Assembly: GCA_900546755.1 (NCBI GenBank)
Contig: UREC01000009.1
Coordinates: forward strand, 69 to 64,068
DNA length: 64,000 nt
Direction: 5' to 3'
Source: an uncultured Collinsella sp.
Lineage (GTDB): Bacteria > Actinomycetota > Coriobacteriia > Coriobacteriales > Coriobacteriaceae
Part shown: positions 43,416 through 53,468 of the stretch, piece by piece
Layout of the letters: each line of letters begins with the position of its first letter
Numbering within the stretch: position 1 is the stretch's first letter
The notes under the pieces: generated by a model
What the model saw: the letters and a program-made list of their open reading frames with translations, nothing else
Database searches by the model: none
Told to the model about the DNA's origin: nothing
Translations under genes and position numbers: made by a program

Positions 43416-43967
43416 ATGATTCCCGTCATCATCGGTATCGTTGTTGTCGTTGTGATTGTCTGCGCCATCGCCGGCATCTACAACAACATGGTCACCAAGC
43501 GCAATCGCATTGATAACGCCTGGCAGAATATCGACACGCAGCTGCAGCGCCGCAACGACCTGATCCCTAACCTAGTCGAGACCGTCAAGGGCTATGCCAA
43601 ACACGAGCAGGACACGCTTGCCGCCGTGGTCAACGCGCGCAACGCCGCCGTAAGCGCCACCACGCCCGAAGCCAAGATGGAAGCCGACAACGTGCTGACC
43701 GGCGCTCTGCGCCAGCTCTTCGCCGTGGCCGAGGCTTACCCCGATCTTAAGGCGAACACCAACTTTACGCAGCTCCAAGCCACGCTCGAAGACACCGAGA
43801 ACAAGGTGAGCTACGCGCGCCAGAGCTACAACGACTGCGTGCTCAGCTACAACAACGCCATCCAGACGTTCCCTGCCGTCATCTTTGCCGGCATCTTCCA
43901 GTTTAAGGAGCGCCAGGGCTTCGAGGCCGCCGAAGCAGCCCGCCAGGCACCGACCGTCAAGTTCTAA
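43416..43967 (+). CDS. LemA-family protein
   Basis: N-terminal TM followed by 'YNNMVTKRNRIDNAWQNIDTQLQRRNDLIPNLVETVKGYAKHE'. Confidence 0.9.
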   Translation: MIPVIIGIVVVVVIVCAIAGIYNNMVTKRNRIDNAWQNIDTQLQRRNDLIPNLVETVKGYAKHEQDTLAAVVNARNAAVSATTPEAKMEADNVLTGALRQLFAVAEAYPDLKANTNFTQLQATLEDTENKVSYARQSYNDCVLSYNNAIQTFPAVIFAGIFQFKERQGFEAAEAARQAPTVKF

Positions 43968-44003
43968 CAGGTTGCCAGCGCATCCTTAATCCGCTATATG
44001 CAT

Positions 44004-44050
44004 AAACCGCCCCGTCGAATGCATACTTCGACGGGGCGGTTTCCTTTGTC
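44004..44050 (+). terminator. Rho-independent terminator after lemA
   Basis: aaaccgccccgtcgaa-tgcatac-ttcgacggggcggttt followed by cctttgtc. Confidence 0.75.
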
Positions 44051-44185
44051 GCGAAGGTCCCCCTCAAGGCGCACTCCGCAGGACGCAAGAAGCCCTCGCC
44101 GCACGAAGTGCGCAGCGAGGGCTTCTTGCATGTCCGAGGACGCGGCGGGAGGGAACTTGCTCTCCACCCGGACGGGTAAGACAAA

Positions 44186-45238
44186 TTACGCAACGGTGTA
44201 AACCCAGTCGTGCTTATCCTCGACAGCACCAGATTGGATGCCGGTCAGGGTCTCGCGGAGCTTCTTCATCACGGGGCCAATCTCGGTGTAGCCAGCCGGG
44301 AAGGTCACGGTCTCATCGGCACCATAGACCTTGTTGTCGATCTCGCCCACCGGGGAAATGACGGCAGCGGTGCCGCACAGGCCGCACTCAACAAAGGTGC
44401 CGGACTTGACCTCAGCCCACTCGACGGGACGCTGGTCAACGGTCATGCCCAGGTCCTCGGCAACCTGAACAAGCGAACGACGGGTGATGGAGGGCAAGAT
44501 GGAGTCGGTGTGCGACTGCGGAACGACGAGCGTGCCGTCCTCCTTCACGAACAGAACGTTCGCGCCGCCGGTCTCCTCGACATAGGTGCGGGACTCAGAG
44601 TCGAGATACAGGTTCTCGGCATAGCCCTCGCGATGGGCCTCCATCGTGGGCTTGAGGGACATGGCGTAGTTCAGGCCAGCCTTGATGTTGCCGGTGCCGT
44701 GCGGTGCGGCGCGGTCGTACTCGGAAACGCGCAGCTTGACGGGCTTGAGGCCGCCCTTAAAGTACGGACCGACCGGAGTCACGAGAATGCGGAACGTGTA
44801 CTCAGGAGCGGGAGCCACGCCAATCACGTCACCGGAGCCGATCATAAACGGACGCACATACAGGGTTGCGCCAGAACCGAAGGGCGGAACCCATGCGGCG
44901 TTGGCAGAGACGACCTGCTTGACGGCCTCGACAAACTTGTCCTTGGGGAACGGGGGCATCTCCAGACGCTGGGCGGAGTTGTACATACGCTCGGCGTTCA
45001 TATCGGGACGGAAGCAGACGATGCTGCCATCCTCGGCGGTGTAGGCTTTCAGGCCCTCAAAGACCTCCTGGCAGTAGTGGAAGATACCACCGCACTCGGA
45101 GACATGCAGGGTGTGGTCGGTGGTCAGGCCACCCTCGTCCCACTCGCCATCCTTCCAATGAGCCTCGTAGCTGTAATCGGTCTTCATGTAGCCAAAGCCG
45201 AGGCTACCCCAATCGATATCCTTCTTCTCGACAGTCAT
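44186..45238 (-). CDS. ilvE: Branched-chain amino acid aminotransferase
   Basis: 'DIDWGSLGFGYMKTDY', 'YVRPFMIGSG' and 'GTGNIKAGLNYA' are typical of class-IV BCAT. ATG at 45236-45238 after TAAGGAG. Confidence 0.9.
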   Translation of the reverse strand: MTVEKKDIDWGSLGFGYMKTDYSYEAHWKDGEWDEGGLTTDHTLHVSECGGIFHYCQEVFEGLKAYTAEDGSIVCFRPDMNAERMYNSAQRLEMPPFPKDKFVEAVKQVVSANAAWVPPFGSGATLYVRPFMIGSGDVIGVAPAPEYTFRILVTPVGPYFKGGLKPVKLRVSEYDRAAPHGTGNIKAGLNYAMSLKPTMEAHREGYAENLYLDSESRTYVEETGGANVLFVKEDGTLVVPQSHTDSILPSITRRSLVQVAEDLGMTVDQRPVEWAEVKSGTFVECGLCGTAAVISPVGEIDNKVYGADETVTFPAGYTEIGPVMKKLRETLTGIQSGAVEDKHDWVYTVA

Positions 45239-45527
45239 ATGTCGCTCCTTACATACACAGTTGCATACTCGCGAACCCGCACGCAAGGACCGGGGCCGAC
45301 CGTGTCGCAACGTCACACGCCCGGAGCGTAGAGCCGGACGGGACACGCGGACGACATCGAAGCCGATGACACGTCGATTCGCATGCACGAGATTGTACTC
45401 CGCACACGCATCGGATAAAACGTTTTTCTTTAACTAACTAAAGTATTTTCATTTGACCGAAGCTAGAGAGGCCCGCCACCGTAAACGGTGACGGGCCTCA
45501 ACGACACGATTTGTGCGCCGGCTCGAG

Positions 45528-46175
45528 CTACGCGTTCTTTTTGCCCAGCTTTGCCTTAACCAAACCGACCACGGTCGGAATAATCGACACGGCAACAATG
45601 CCCACGATCAGCAGCTCAAAGTGCTCCTGCACAAAGGGAATGCCGCCAAAGAAATAGCCCAGCAGTGTAAAGACCGTCGACCAGGTGATACCGCCCAGCA
45701 CGTTATAGATGACAAAGTTGCGCCAGTGCATGCCGCCCATACCGGCGATGAAGGGCACAAAGGTGCGGATAAACGGGAAGAAGCGACCCAGGAAGATGGC
45801 CAGGTGGCCCCACTTGTCAAGGAAGTCCTCGGACTTTTTAATGCGCTCGGGCGTCATGGCCTTGACCTTGCCCGAGACGATGATCTTTCGGCCAAAGAAA
45901 TGGCCGATCATAAAGTTGCACTGGTCGCCCAAGATGGCGGCCGTCCATGCGACGGCCAACAGGGCCACGATGTTAAAGCCGCCGTTGTGGGCAAAGAAGC
46001 CCGAAGCGAACAGCAGCGAATCGCCGGGAAGGAACGGGAAGAACACCACGCCCGTCTCGATAAAGATAATTAGGAACACGCAGCCGTAGGCCATAAGCGG
46101 GCCGGCGGCGATCCAACTGGCGATCGCGGTGCGCGGGTCCTTGAGCAGCTCGGCGATAAAGTTAATGAAACCCAT
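45528..46175 (-). CDS. DedA-family (VTT domain) membrane protein
   Basis: 'FPFLPGDSLLFASGFF' and 'GRFFPFIRTFVPFIAG' DedA motifs. ATG at 46173-46175. Confidence 0.9.
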   Translation of the reverse strand: MGFINFIAELLKDPRTAIASWIAAGPLMAYGCVFLIIFIETGVVFFPFLPGDSLLFASGFFAHNGGFNIVALLAVAWTAAILGDQCNFMIGHFFGRKIIVSGKVKAMTPERIKKSEDFLDKWGHLAIFLGRFFPFIRTFVPFIAGMGGMHWRNFVIYNVLGGITWSTVFTLLGYFFGGIPFVQEHFELLIVGIVAVSIIPTVVGLVKAKLGKKNA

Positions 46176-46399
46176 GAAGTAAAACCTCTCAGTTGTGGGC
46201 GCGGACACGTCCAAGTTGACCAGTATACGGTTGCGGCGCCCCCTCGTGCGCAACCCCACAAAAGCATGACTCCATTACCAGCAAGTTTGCATAACTGACA
46301 CTTGTCGCCCAAAGCAAAGCAAGATCGCCCTTCTTAATCCCTAGCGAATCGCTATACTTTATTGAATCGCATTGTCACGGCGCTGAGGGAGGGCGGCCA

Positions 46400-47104
46400 G
46401 TGAGCTTTATCAATACCATTCGCGAGGACATCAAGACCGTCCAAGCGCAGGACCCCGCCGCGCAAAACGGTCTGGTCATTTTTCTTTCGTACCCCGGCCT
46501 GCACGCCAAGTGGAACCACGTGCCCGAGCACTGGCTGTGGGAGCACGGCCATCGCTCGCTCGCCCGGGTGCTCTCGCAAATCACCCGCCACATCACCGGC
46601 GTCGAGATTCATCCCGCTGCACAGATCGGCAAACATTTCTTTATCGACCACGCCATGGGCGTTGTCATCGGCGAGACCACCATTGTGGGCGACAACTGCG
46701 TGCTCTACCAAGGCGTCACGCTCGGCGGTACCGGCAACGAGACCGGCAAACGCCATCCCACCCTGGGCAACAATGTCACGGTGGGCACGGGCGCCAAGGT
46801 GCTTGGCAACATCCACATTGGCGACAACGTCAAGATCGGCGGCAACTCGGTCGTCGTCAAGGACGTGCCCGACAACTGCACCGTCGTGGGCGTGCCCGGG
46901 CGCATCATCAAGCGCAACGGCTGCCGCGTGTTCGAGGAGAGCTTCGACGCCAAGCAGCATCGCGAGTACATGCCCGACGATGCCGCCGAGCAGAGCGCCC
47001 TCAACCGCCAGGGCATCAACGAAAACGCCCGTCGCGTCAAGGAACTCGAGCGAGAGGTGGCCGAGCTCAAAGCCCTCGTCGCCAAGCTCGTGGACGAGCG
47101 CTAG
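46400..47104 (+). CDS. cysE: Serine O-acetyltransferase with C-terminal coiled-coil-like extension
   Basis: 'DPAAQN', '[43 protein letters not shown]' hexapeptide repeats, and the tail '[24 protein letters not shown]'. GTG start after GAGGGAGGG. Confidence 0.85.
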   Translation: MSFINTIREDIKTVQAQDPAAQNGLVIFLSYPGLHAKWNHVPEHWLWEHGHRSLARVLSQITRHITGVEIHPAAQIGKHFFIDHAMGVVIGETTIVGDNCVLYQGVTLGGTGNETGKRHPTLGNNVTVGTGAKVLGNIHIGDNVKIGGNSVVVKDVPDNCTVVGVPGRIIKRNGCRVFEESFDAKQHREYMPDDAAEQSALNRQGINENARRVKELEREVAELKALVAKLVDER

Positions 47105-47142
47105 GGCCGTGGGCAGCCGCCACAGCATGAACGCCAGCACAA

Positions 47143-47182
47143 AAGGCGCGCCAGGGAATCAGCCCCCGGCGCGCCTTCTTTT
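47143..47182 (+). terminator. Rho-independent terminator after cysE
   Basis: aaggcgcgcc-(15-nt loop)-ggcgcgcctt overlapping a cttctttt T-run. Confidence 0.75.
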
Positions 47183-47186
47183 CGAT

Positions 47187-47214
47187 GCGACATGCGGGAC
47201 TGCCCCTTTGTCAC
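47187..47214. repeat. Degenerate copy of the 'gtgacaaagggac' palindrome family (copy 3)
   Basis: gcgacatgcgggac-tg-cccctttgtcac, abutting the stop of the ABC gene at 47216. Confidence 0.5.
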
Positions 47215-47215
47215 C

Positions 47216-49231
47216 TTATGCGAACTGGCTTAGGTAGAGGTCGGCGTAAGCGCCCTCGGCAGCCAGCAGCTCCTTGTGCGTACCCTGCTCGATGATATTG
47301 CCGTGATCCATGACCAGGATGAGGTCGGCATCAACAATCGTCGACAGACGGTGCGCGATCACAAAGCTCGTGCGCCCGCGCATGAGCGCGTCCATGGCGC
47401 GGCCGATGGCAAGCTCGGTGCGCGTGTCCACGCTCGACGTCGCCTCGTCCAGGATGAGGATCGCCGGGTTGTTGAGCAGCACGCGCGCGATGGTCAGCAG
47501 CTGACGTTGGCCCTGGCTGATGCTCTCGGCATCGTTAGCCACCCGTGTGTCGTAGCCCTGCGGCATAGTGCGCACAAAGAAGTCGACCTGAGCGGCACGT
47601 GCGGCCGCGACAATCTCCTCGCGCGTCGCCTCGGGACAGCCATAGGCGATGTTCTCGGCAATGGTGCCATCGAACAGCCAGGCGTCCTGCAACACCATGC
47701 CAAACTGCTGGCGCAGCTCGCCGCGGTCCATGCAGCTTGTGTCCACGCCGTCGAGCGTAATGCGGCCGCCGTCGATCTCGTAAAAGCGCATAAGCAGGTT
47801 GATGAGCGTGGTCTTACCCGCACCCGTGGTTCCCACCACGGCGATCTTTTGGCCCGGCTCGGCGGCAAACGACACGTCGCGCATAAGCGGCTTGTCGGGC
47901 GAATAACCAAAGCGCACGTGCTCAAAAGCGACGCGGCCCTCAATGCGACCCGGCAGCTTGGCGGCCTCGTCCGGCAGCGGATCGGCCTCCATCTCGGGCT
48001 CATCAAGCAGGTCGAACACGCGCTCCGCACTCGCCAGCGCGCTCTGCAGCGAGTTAAAAGTGAACGACAGCTGCGTCATGGGTTCGGACGCCTCGTAGAT
48101 AAACTGGAAGAACGCCTGGAACACGCCGACGGTCATGTGACCGGCGACCAGCATGCTGCAGCCCACGAGCGCAATCACAATCTGCGCCAGGCGACCGATA
48201 AAGCGAACCGCGGGTCCGACGGCGTTAATCATAAAGTCGGCCTTGGTGCTCACGCGCGCCAGCTCGCCCGAGGCCTCGTGCACCTCGGCAGAGCTCTGGT
48301 GCTCGCGGTTGAATGCGCGAATCACCAAACGGCCCGAATAGCCTTCCTCGACCGCGCTCGTGATTTTGGACACCCACTCCTGACGCTCGCCCGTCACATC
48401 ATGCGTACGGCGCGAAACCACCTTGGTCACCAGCAGCGACAACGCCGTAAAGAACAAAAAGACTAGCGTAAGCGGCACGCTAAACACGAACATCACGCCC
48501 ACGGCGCCCACCACGGTGCCGATCGACACAAGCAGCTGCAGCAATCCGCGCTGCATGCTCTCGGACATCTTGTCCAAGTCGTTGGTCGCACGGCTGACGA
48601 CCTCACCGGGACGATGCGCATCAAAGAAGGCAAGCGGCAGACGGTTGAGCTTTTGTGCGATGCGGTTGCGTAGACGCAGGTTGAGGCGTTCGGCCACGCT
48701 CGACATCAAAAAGCTCTGGAGCGCATAGAACGAGGCGGCGGCAGTCCAGATCATAAAGTAGACGAAGATGGTCTTGCCGCAGTTCTCCCAGGTGATGTTG
48801 AAGGTGGTTCCGTTGGCAAACGCCACCTGAATGTGGCCCCACAGCTCATCGATCACGCGGGCGCTATATGCCGGCGCGGCGGTGTTAAAGATGACATAGA
48901 ACACAATGCTCGCAAACACGATATAGAAGCGCCAATGGTCGCCGGCAGCCTCGCTCCACAGGCGGCGCACCGTCGCCCAGGTATCACGGGGCGTCTCGTC
49001 TTCGTCTTCGTCATCCACGTCGCGCATGCGCTCTGCCTCGGCGCGGGCACGCTCATCCTCGGCTCGTTCGTTTTCCTCGTAAAGCGCTTGACGACGAGCC
49101 TCGCGCCCGGCCGCCGCCTTGGCGGCGTCATCCAGCTCGGTCGACGCGGCAGCCTGGTCGACCGTTTTATCGGCAGCGTCCGCAGCGGCGGCATCGACAA
49201 GGTCGCCCTGCTTCTTGAGCTCCTCGGTCAT
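47216..49231 (-). CDS. ABC transporter ATP-binding protein/permease (exporter half-transporter with acidic/Ala-rich N-terminal extension)
   Basis: 'GTTGAGKTT', 'ISQGQRQLL', 'ILILDEATS'. ATG at 49229-49231, 9 nt after AAGGGAG. Confidence 0.95.
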   Translation of the reverse strand: MTEELKKQGDLVDAAAADAADKTVDQAAASTELDDAAKAAAGREARRQALYEENERAEDERARAEAERMRDVDDEDEDETPRDTWATVRRLWSEAAGDHWRFYIVFASIVFYVIFNTAAPAYSARVIDELWGHIQVAFANGTTFNITWENCGKTIFVYFMIWTAAASFYALQSFLMSSVAERLNLRLRNRIAQKLNRLPLAFFDAHRPGEVVSRATNDLDKMSESMQRGLLQLLVSIGTVVGAVGVMFVFSVPLTLVFLFFTALSLLVTKVVSRRTHDVTGERQEWVSKITSAVEEGYSGRLVIRAFNREHQSSAEVHEASGELARVSTKADFMINAVGPAVRFIGRLAQIVIALVGCSMLVAGHMTVGVFQAFFQFIYEASEPMTQLSFTFNSLQSALASAERVFDLLDEPEMEADPLPDEAAKLPGRIEGRVAFEHVRFGYSPDKPLMRDVSFAAEPGQKIAVVGTTGAGKTTLINLLMRFYEIDGGRITLDGVDTSCMDRGELRQQFGMVLQDAWLFDGTIAENIAYGCPEATREEIVAAARAAQVDFFVRTMPQGYDTRVANDAESISQGQRQLLTIARVLLNNPAILILDEATSSVDTRTELAIGRAMDALMRGRTSFVIAHRLSTIVDADLILVMDHGNIIEQGTHKELLAAEGAYADLYLSQFA

Positions 49232-49232
49232 G

Positions 49233-50969
49233 CTACTCACCTCCCTTCATCTGCGATTCCGCGATGGCGCGGTACACCTCGCAGGTTTCCATAAGCTCGC
49301 CATGCGTGCCCAGGCCCACGACCTCGCCATCCTTGAGCACGACAATCTGGTCGGCGTGCAGAATCGTCGAGATGCGCTGCGCGATGATGAGCACCGCGGC
49401 GTCGCGCGTCTCGTCCTGCAGCGCATGGCGCAGGGCTGCATCGGTCTTAAAGTCCAGGGCCGAAAAACTATCGTCGAAGATATATAGATCGGCATGCTTC
49501 ATGAGCGCACGGGCGATGGCCAGACGTTGGCGCTGGCCGCCCGAAAAGTTCGTACCGCCCTGCACCACCGGGGTATCGAGCCCCTGCGGCTGATCGAGCA
49601 CAAAGGTGCTCTGGGCAACCTGCAGCGCATGAAGCATGTCCGCCTCGGTCGCGTCCTCGTTGCCAAAGCGCAGATTGCTTGCCACGGTACCCGAGAACAG
49701 CCACGCCTTCTGCGGCACATAGGCAATGCGCCCGCGAATCTCACCTTGCGAAAGCTCGCGCAGATCGACGCCGTCCAGGCGAATGATGCCCTTGGTGGCA
49801 TCGTGGAAGCGCAGTAGAAGCTTTGCCACCGTCGACTTGCCCGAGCCCGTCGAGCCCACGATCGCGGTGGTCTGCCCGCGACGACAGGCAAAGCTCAGGT
49901 CGCACAGGGTGTCCTCGTCGGCATCGTCAAAGCGAAACGACATGTGATCGAACACGGCGACCGTATCGGCCCCGTCCTTTGAGTCGGACGCGGCCGCATC
50001 GAGCGTACGCTGGCCATCGACGATGCTCGGCTTAATCTCCAGCACCTGCTGTGCGCGGTTCAGACATGCGGCGGCACGCGGAAGCGTCAGCACCACCATC
50101 TGCGCCATCATCACAAAGAACAGGATCAGAAGCGCGTACTCCAGCACCGCCGAGATGCTCGCGATCTGCATGGCGTGGGCGCCCACGCGGTTGCCGCCCA
50201 CCCACAGCACCGCCACCTCGGCAATGTTCATCAAAAAGAAGCTGGAGCTGTCGAGCCCCACAAAAAGGTGGTTGACCTTAATGGCGTTGTCCGCGTACTC
50301 GCTAAACACCTCGTCCAGGCGCTGCTCCTCGTGGCGCTCTTTATTAAAGGCGCGGATGACGCGAACGCCCACGATGTTCTCGCGCAGCACCACGTTCATG
50401 CGGTCGATAAAGCTCTGCAGGCGCATAAAAATCGGCGCGGCGTTAGCGACCGTAAAGACCGCCGCCACCAGCACGATCGCAACCACGACGCCCAGCAGCG
50501 TGCCCATGGCGGGATCGATAAACCAGGCGAAGATGATGCCCGCCACGGCCAAAAACGGCACCGGCAGCACCAGTTGAATCGTCTGCAGAATCGCCTGCTG
50601 GATCACGTTGATGTCGTTGAGCGAACGCGTGATCATCGAGCCCGTGCCAAAGCGCTCAAAGTCGCTGGCAGACAGCTCAAGCGACTTGTCGTAGACGGCG
50701 TTGCGGATATCGCAGGCCACGTTGGCGGCCAGGCGTGCCGAAAGATAGCAGCCCAGCACCGCGCCGCCGCTGGCCATGCCGGTCGCGATAAGCATGTAGA
50801 GGCCGTTGCGCAGGATGTAGTCGACATCGCCCGTGGTGATGCCGGTGTTGACCATGTTCGCCAGCATCGTGGGAACCAACAGCGTACCGACGTTGTCGAT
50901 TAGCAGCACCAACAACGTCACCGCGACAAGCCTGCGATACGGCTTCATAAACCTCATTAAGAGTCGCAC
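49233..50969 (-). CDS. ABC transporter ATP-binding protein/permease (partner half-transporter)
   Basis: 'GSTGSGKST', 'FSGGQRQRL', 'LYIFDDSFS'. The start is either the GTG at 50969 or the ATG at 50955-50957, which overlaps the marR stop as TAATG. Confidence 0.95.
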   Translation of the reverse strand: MRLLMRFMKPYRRLVAVTLLVLLIDNVGTLLVPTMLANMVNTGITTGDVDYILRNGLYMLIATGMASGGAVLGCYLSARLAANVACDIRNAVYDKSLELSASDFERFGTGSMITRSLNDINVIQQAILQTIQLVLPVPFLAVAGIIFAWFIDPAMGTLLGVVVAIVLVAAVFTVANAAPIFMRLQSFIDRMNVVLRENIVGVRVIRAFNKERHEEQRLDEVFSEYADNAIKVNHLFVGLDSSSFFLMNIAEVAVLWVGGNRVGAHAMQIASISAVLEYALLILFFVMMAQMVVLTLPRAAACLNRAQQVLEIKPSIVDGQRTLDAAASDSKDGADTVAVFDHMSFRFDDADEDTLCDLSFACRRGQTTAIVGSTGSGKSTVAKLLLRFHDATKGIIRLDGVDLRELSQGEIRGRIAYVPQKAWLFSGTVASNLRFGNEDATEADMLHALQVAQSTFVLDQPQGLDTPVVQGGTNFSGGQRQRLAIARALMKHADLYIFDDSFSALDFKTDAALRHALQDETRDAAVLIIAQRISTILHADQIVVLKDGEVVGLGTHGELMETCEVYRAIAESQMKGGE

Positions 50970-51457
50970 GACTCCCCCTCACCTTGATTCTCGGCCTGGC
51001 TCTCGGCAGCGATATGCTGCTTAAAGGCATCGCACTCATCGCCGAGCACCCGAGAGAATTTGCCGATCAAGCGCATAATCTCGCGCTGCTCACATGGCTC
51101 AAGCGCACCAAAGGCTCGCTGTTCGGCCTTGAGTGCCGGCAACGCATAACGCTCGGCAAACCGCATGCCCGCTTCGGTCAAACGCACAACCTTGTTCTTA
51201 CGGCTGCCTTCGGCAAACTCCAACGTTGCGAAGCCCCGCGCCGTCAAGGTTTTAATTGCCGAGTTGATAGTCTGCTTGCTGTAGAACCATTCGCTTGTCA
51301 GACAGCTTACGGCAACACTGCCGCCCGCCGTGCTGGTATCGACGAGCATCCAGTAAGCGCAGTCCGAAAGACCGCAGGCGCGCGAGAACTCCGAATAGAT
51401 ATGGTCGAGTCCATTGAGCAACCGGTCGAAGTCGACCAGCGTAACCGCACTATTCAT
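50957..51457 (-). CDS. MarR-family transcriptional regulator
   Basis: Winged-helix region 'YSKQTINSAIKTLTARGFATLEFAEGSRKNKVVRLTEAG'. First gene of an operon with the ABC pair. Confidence 0.85.
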   Translation of the reverse strand: MNSAVTLVDFDRLLNGLDHIYSEFSRACGLSDCAYWMLVDTSTAGGSVAVSCLTSEWFYSKQTINSAIKTLTARGFATLEFAEGSRKNKVVRLTEAGMRFAERYALPALKAEQRAFGALEPCEQREIMRLIGKFSRVLGDECDAFKQHIAAESQAENQGEGESCDS

Positions 51458-51576
51458 CTATCCCACCATTCGATTGTCCGATTTTTGACCAATTTTGTAT
51501 CTCTAGATTAGTCCGAGTTTTGACTATCGTCAACAGGCTCTCCGCAAATGCTTGCACTTTTATGGCCTATCGGCAG

Positions 51577-51612
51577 AAAAAGACCGCCGGCGCGGGGGCA
51601 GCGCCAGCGGTC
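51577..51612 (-). terminator. Rho-independent terminator after the small hypothetical gene
   Basis: Minus strand: gaccgctggcgc-tgccccc-gcgccggcggtc followed by tttttctg. Confidence 0.75.
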
Positions 51613-51638
51613 ACGTGAAAATCGGGTTTTATTGCCCG

Positions 51639-51929
51639 TTAAGCGGCGACGGCCTCATAGACCGTAGCGCCCGAGAAGCTGTCATGCAGGCTCTTGCCGG
51701 CAATCCACGGCAGCTCGACGACCTCGCAGACCGTGTTGACCAGCTCGGAGCAGTCAGTAAAGTGGCCCTTGTCGTTGAGGGCCTCGCAATCCTGAACACG
51801 CCAATAGCCATCGGTGTGCGTGATGTAGTACTCGTGATCGTCAATCGTCACAAAAGCGCGCGTCTTGGAACGCAGCAGCTTCAGAAATCCTTCGAAGTCG
51901 GTCTCGACGACATCTCCAGCCTGGAACAT
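51639..51929 (-). CDS. Hypothetical small cytoplasmic protein (96 aa)
   Basis: Strong RBS (CCAGGAGGT, 7 nt before the ATG at 51927-51929), its own terminator and a balanced composition. I do not recognise the family. Confidence 0.65.
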   Translation of the reverse strand: MFQAGDVVETDFEGFLKLLRSKTRAFVTIDDHEYYITHTDGYWRVQDCEALNDKGHFTDCSELVNTVCEVVELPWIAGKSLHDSFSGATVYEAVAA

Positions 51930-52223
51930 GATGTTACCTCCTGGCCCGGCGCCACCACGGCGCATTGATAAACGTTGGTACTCCTTTAGTAAAACCTTTA
52001 TCAGAGGTTATGCGTTCGTCATTTAGGCAAGTGGTAAAAAACCGCAGGGTAGACGGGATAAAACGTTTAACCATCCCATTTGTTTGTCACATTCTGAAGG
52101 TACTTTTATGCAAACCTACTTTCCCAATTGGGATCTACCCTTTTGGCCGGGCAATTGACCGTCTATCGTTTGAGCCCGACGGGTATGAACGGGGCATCTG
52201 CAACGCCACCGCAAGGAGACACC

Positions 52224-52745
52224 ATGGAGACTATCGAAGCACTCATCCACCGCCGCAGCTGCCGCAAATACAGTGATCGTCCCGTCGAGGCCGAAAAGCT
52301 CGCACGCATTATCGAGGCCGGCCAGTATGCACCCAGTGGCATGGGGCGCCAGCCGGTGACGTTTGTCGCCGTCACCGACCCCACGACCGTTGAGCGCCTC
52401 TCGCAGCTCAACGCACAGGTCATGGGCAGCAACAGCGACCCCTTCTATGGCGCCAAGACCGTTGTGGTGGTACTGGTCGACCGCAGCGTGCCCACGCACC
52501 TGGAAGACGGATCGCTCGCCATGGGCAACCTGCTCAACGCCGCCTATGCACTGGGTGTCGACTCATGCTGGATTCACCGCGCGCATGAGGTCTTTGACTC
52601 GCCCGAGGGCCTGGAGCTGCTGGCCAGCTGGGGCCTGCCCGCCGACGGCAGCCTGCGCGGCGTCGGTCACTGCATTCTGGGCTATGCCGAAGACACGCTA
52701 CCCGAGCCCAAACCCCGCCGCGACAACGTCGTCTACGTAAGGTAA
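52224..52745 (+). CDS. Nitroreductase-family protein (short form)
   Basis: 'IEALIHRRSCRKY', 'QYAPSGMGRQP', 'LGVDSCWI'. ATG at 52224 after AAGGAGA. Confidence 0.9.
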   Translation: METIEALIHRRSCRKYSDRPVEAEKLARIIEAGQYAPSGMGRQPVTFVAVTDPTTVERLSQLNAQVMGSNSDPFYGAKTVVVVLVDRSVPTHLEDGSLAMGNLLNAAYALGVDSCWIHRAHEVFDSPEGLELLASWGLPADGSLRGVGHCILGYAEDTLPEPKPRRDNVVYVR

Positions 52746-52808
52746 CCCAAGAGCGTCATAGGGGTAGCTAATTTGGGACGAGGCTATTTTAGCCACCCCA
52801 CTCGCAAC

Positions 52809-53384
52809 TTATCTTGCCGATGGAGTTGTCGTCGTTTCGTTCGTGTGGGTCGTTTCGGCGCCGTCGCCCTGTTCGCCCTCGTCCTTTTGAGCGTCGGCGA
52901 TGGTGGAGGCCGCCGCAACGATACCGCGCTGGGGCGCGACGCCCGTCTGGGTCTGAGCGCCCTCGACAATTTCTGTGCCTGCATGCGCGAGCTCGGGCGA
53001 TTTAAACATCGCGTCCAAGTTGGCACCGTCGCCGGCGTAGCCAAGCGCAGCGAGTGCGATGACGATCACTGCAACGACGACCGCGATCGGAACATAACGA
53101 TGCCAACCAGCCGGATTGAGTCCGCTGCGACGAGCCGCCCCGCGGCTGATGTAGCCGAGCGTGCCGTCGTGCTTGAGCTTTGAACCCACCACGCGTTTGC
53201 GGTCCCACAGCGAGGACTCTGCCTGCATTGCCAAGCGGGCACCTGTCGAAGGATAGCCGTATTTAGTGCGCTTGAACGAGCCGTCAAACCCCGAGGCGTG
53301 TTTGCCCCACGTCACCGATGTTGTGCGTCGGTTAACCGGCGCGGCGCTCCGCCTTCTGCGGCTCGGTTTTGTAGTCTCAGCCAT
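52809..53384 (-). CDS. Hypothetical single-pass membrane protein (basic N-terminus, TM, acidic/Thr-rich C-terminus)
   Basis: 'MAETTKPSRRRRSAAPVNRR...' followed by the TM 'YVPIAVVVAVIVIALAALGYAG'. No recognisable family, and the call rests on ORF length and topology-like layout only. Confidence 0.55.
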   Translation of the reverse strand: MAETTKPSRRRRSAAPVNRRTTSVTWGKHASGFDGSFKRTKYGYPSTGARLAMQAESSLWDRKRVVGSKLKHDGTLGYISRGAARRSGLNPAGWHRYVPIAVVVAVIVIALAALGYAGDGANLDAMFKSPELAHAGTEIVEGAQTQTGVAPQRGIVAAASTIADAQKDEGEQGDGAETTHTNETTTTPSAR

Positions 53385-53468
53385 ACGCCCCCGCACGCCG
53401 TAACCAAATCGAAACAATAACGCTTTGGACTGTAGCACACGCGTCGCGCGCGGTCACGGGCGCCTCGC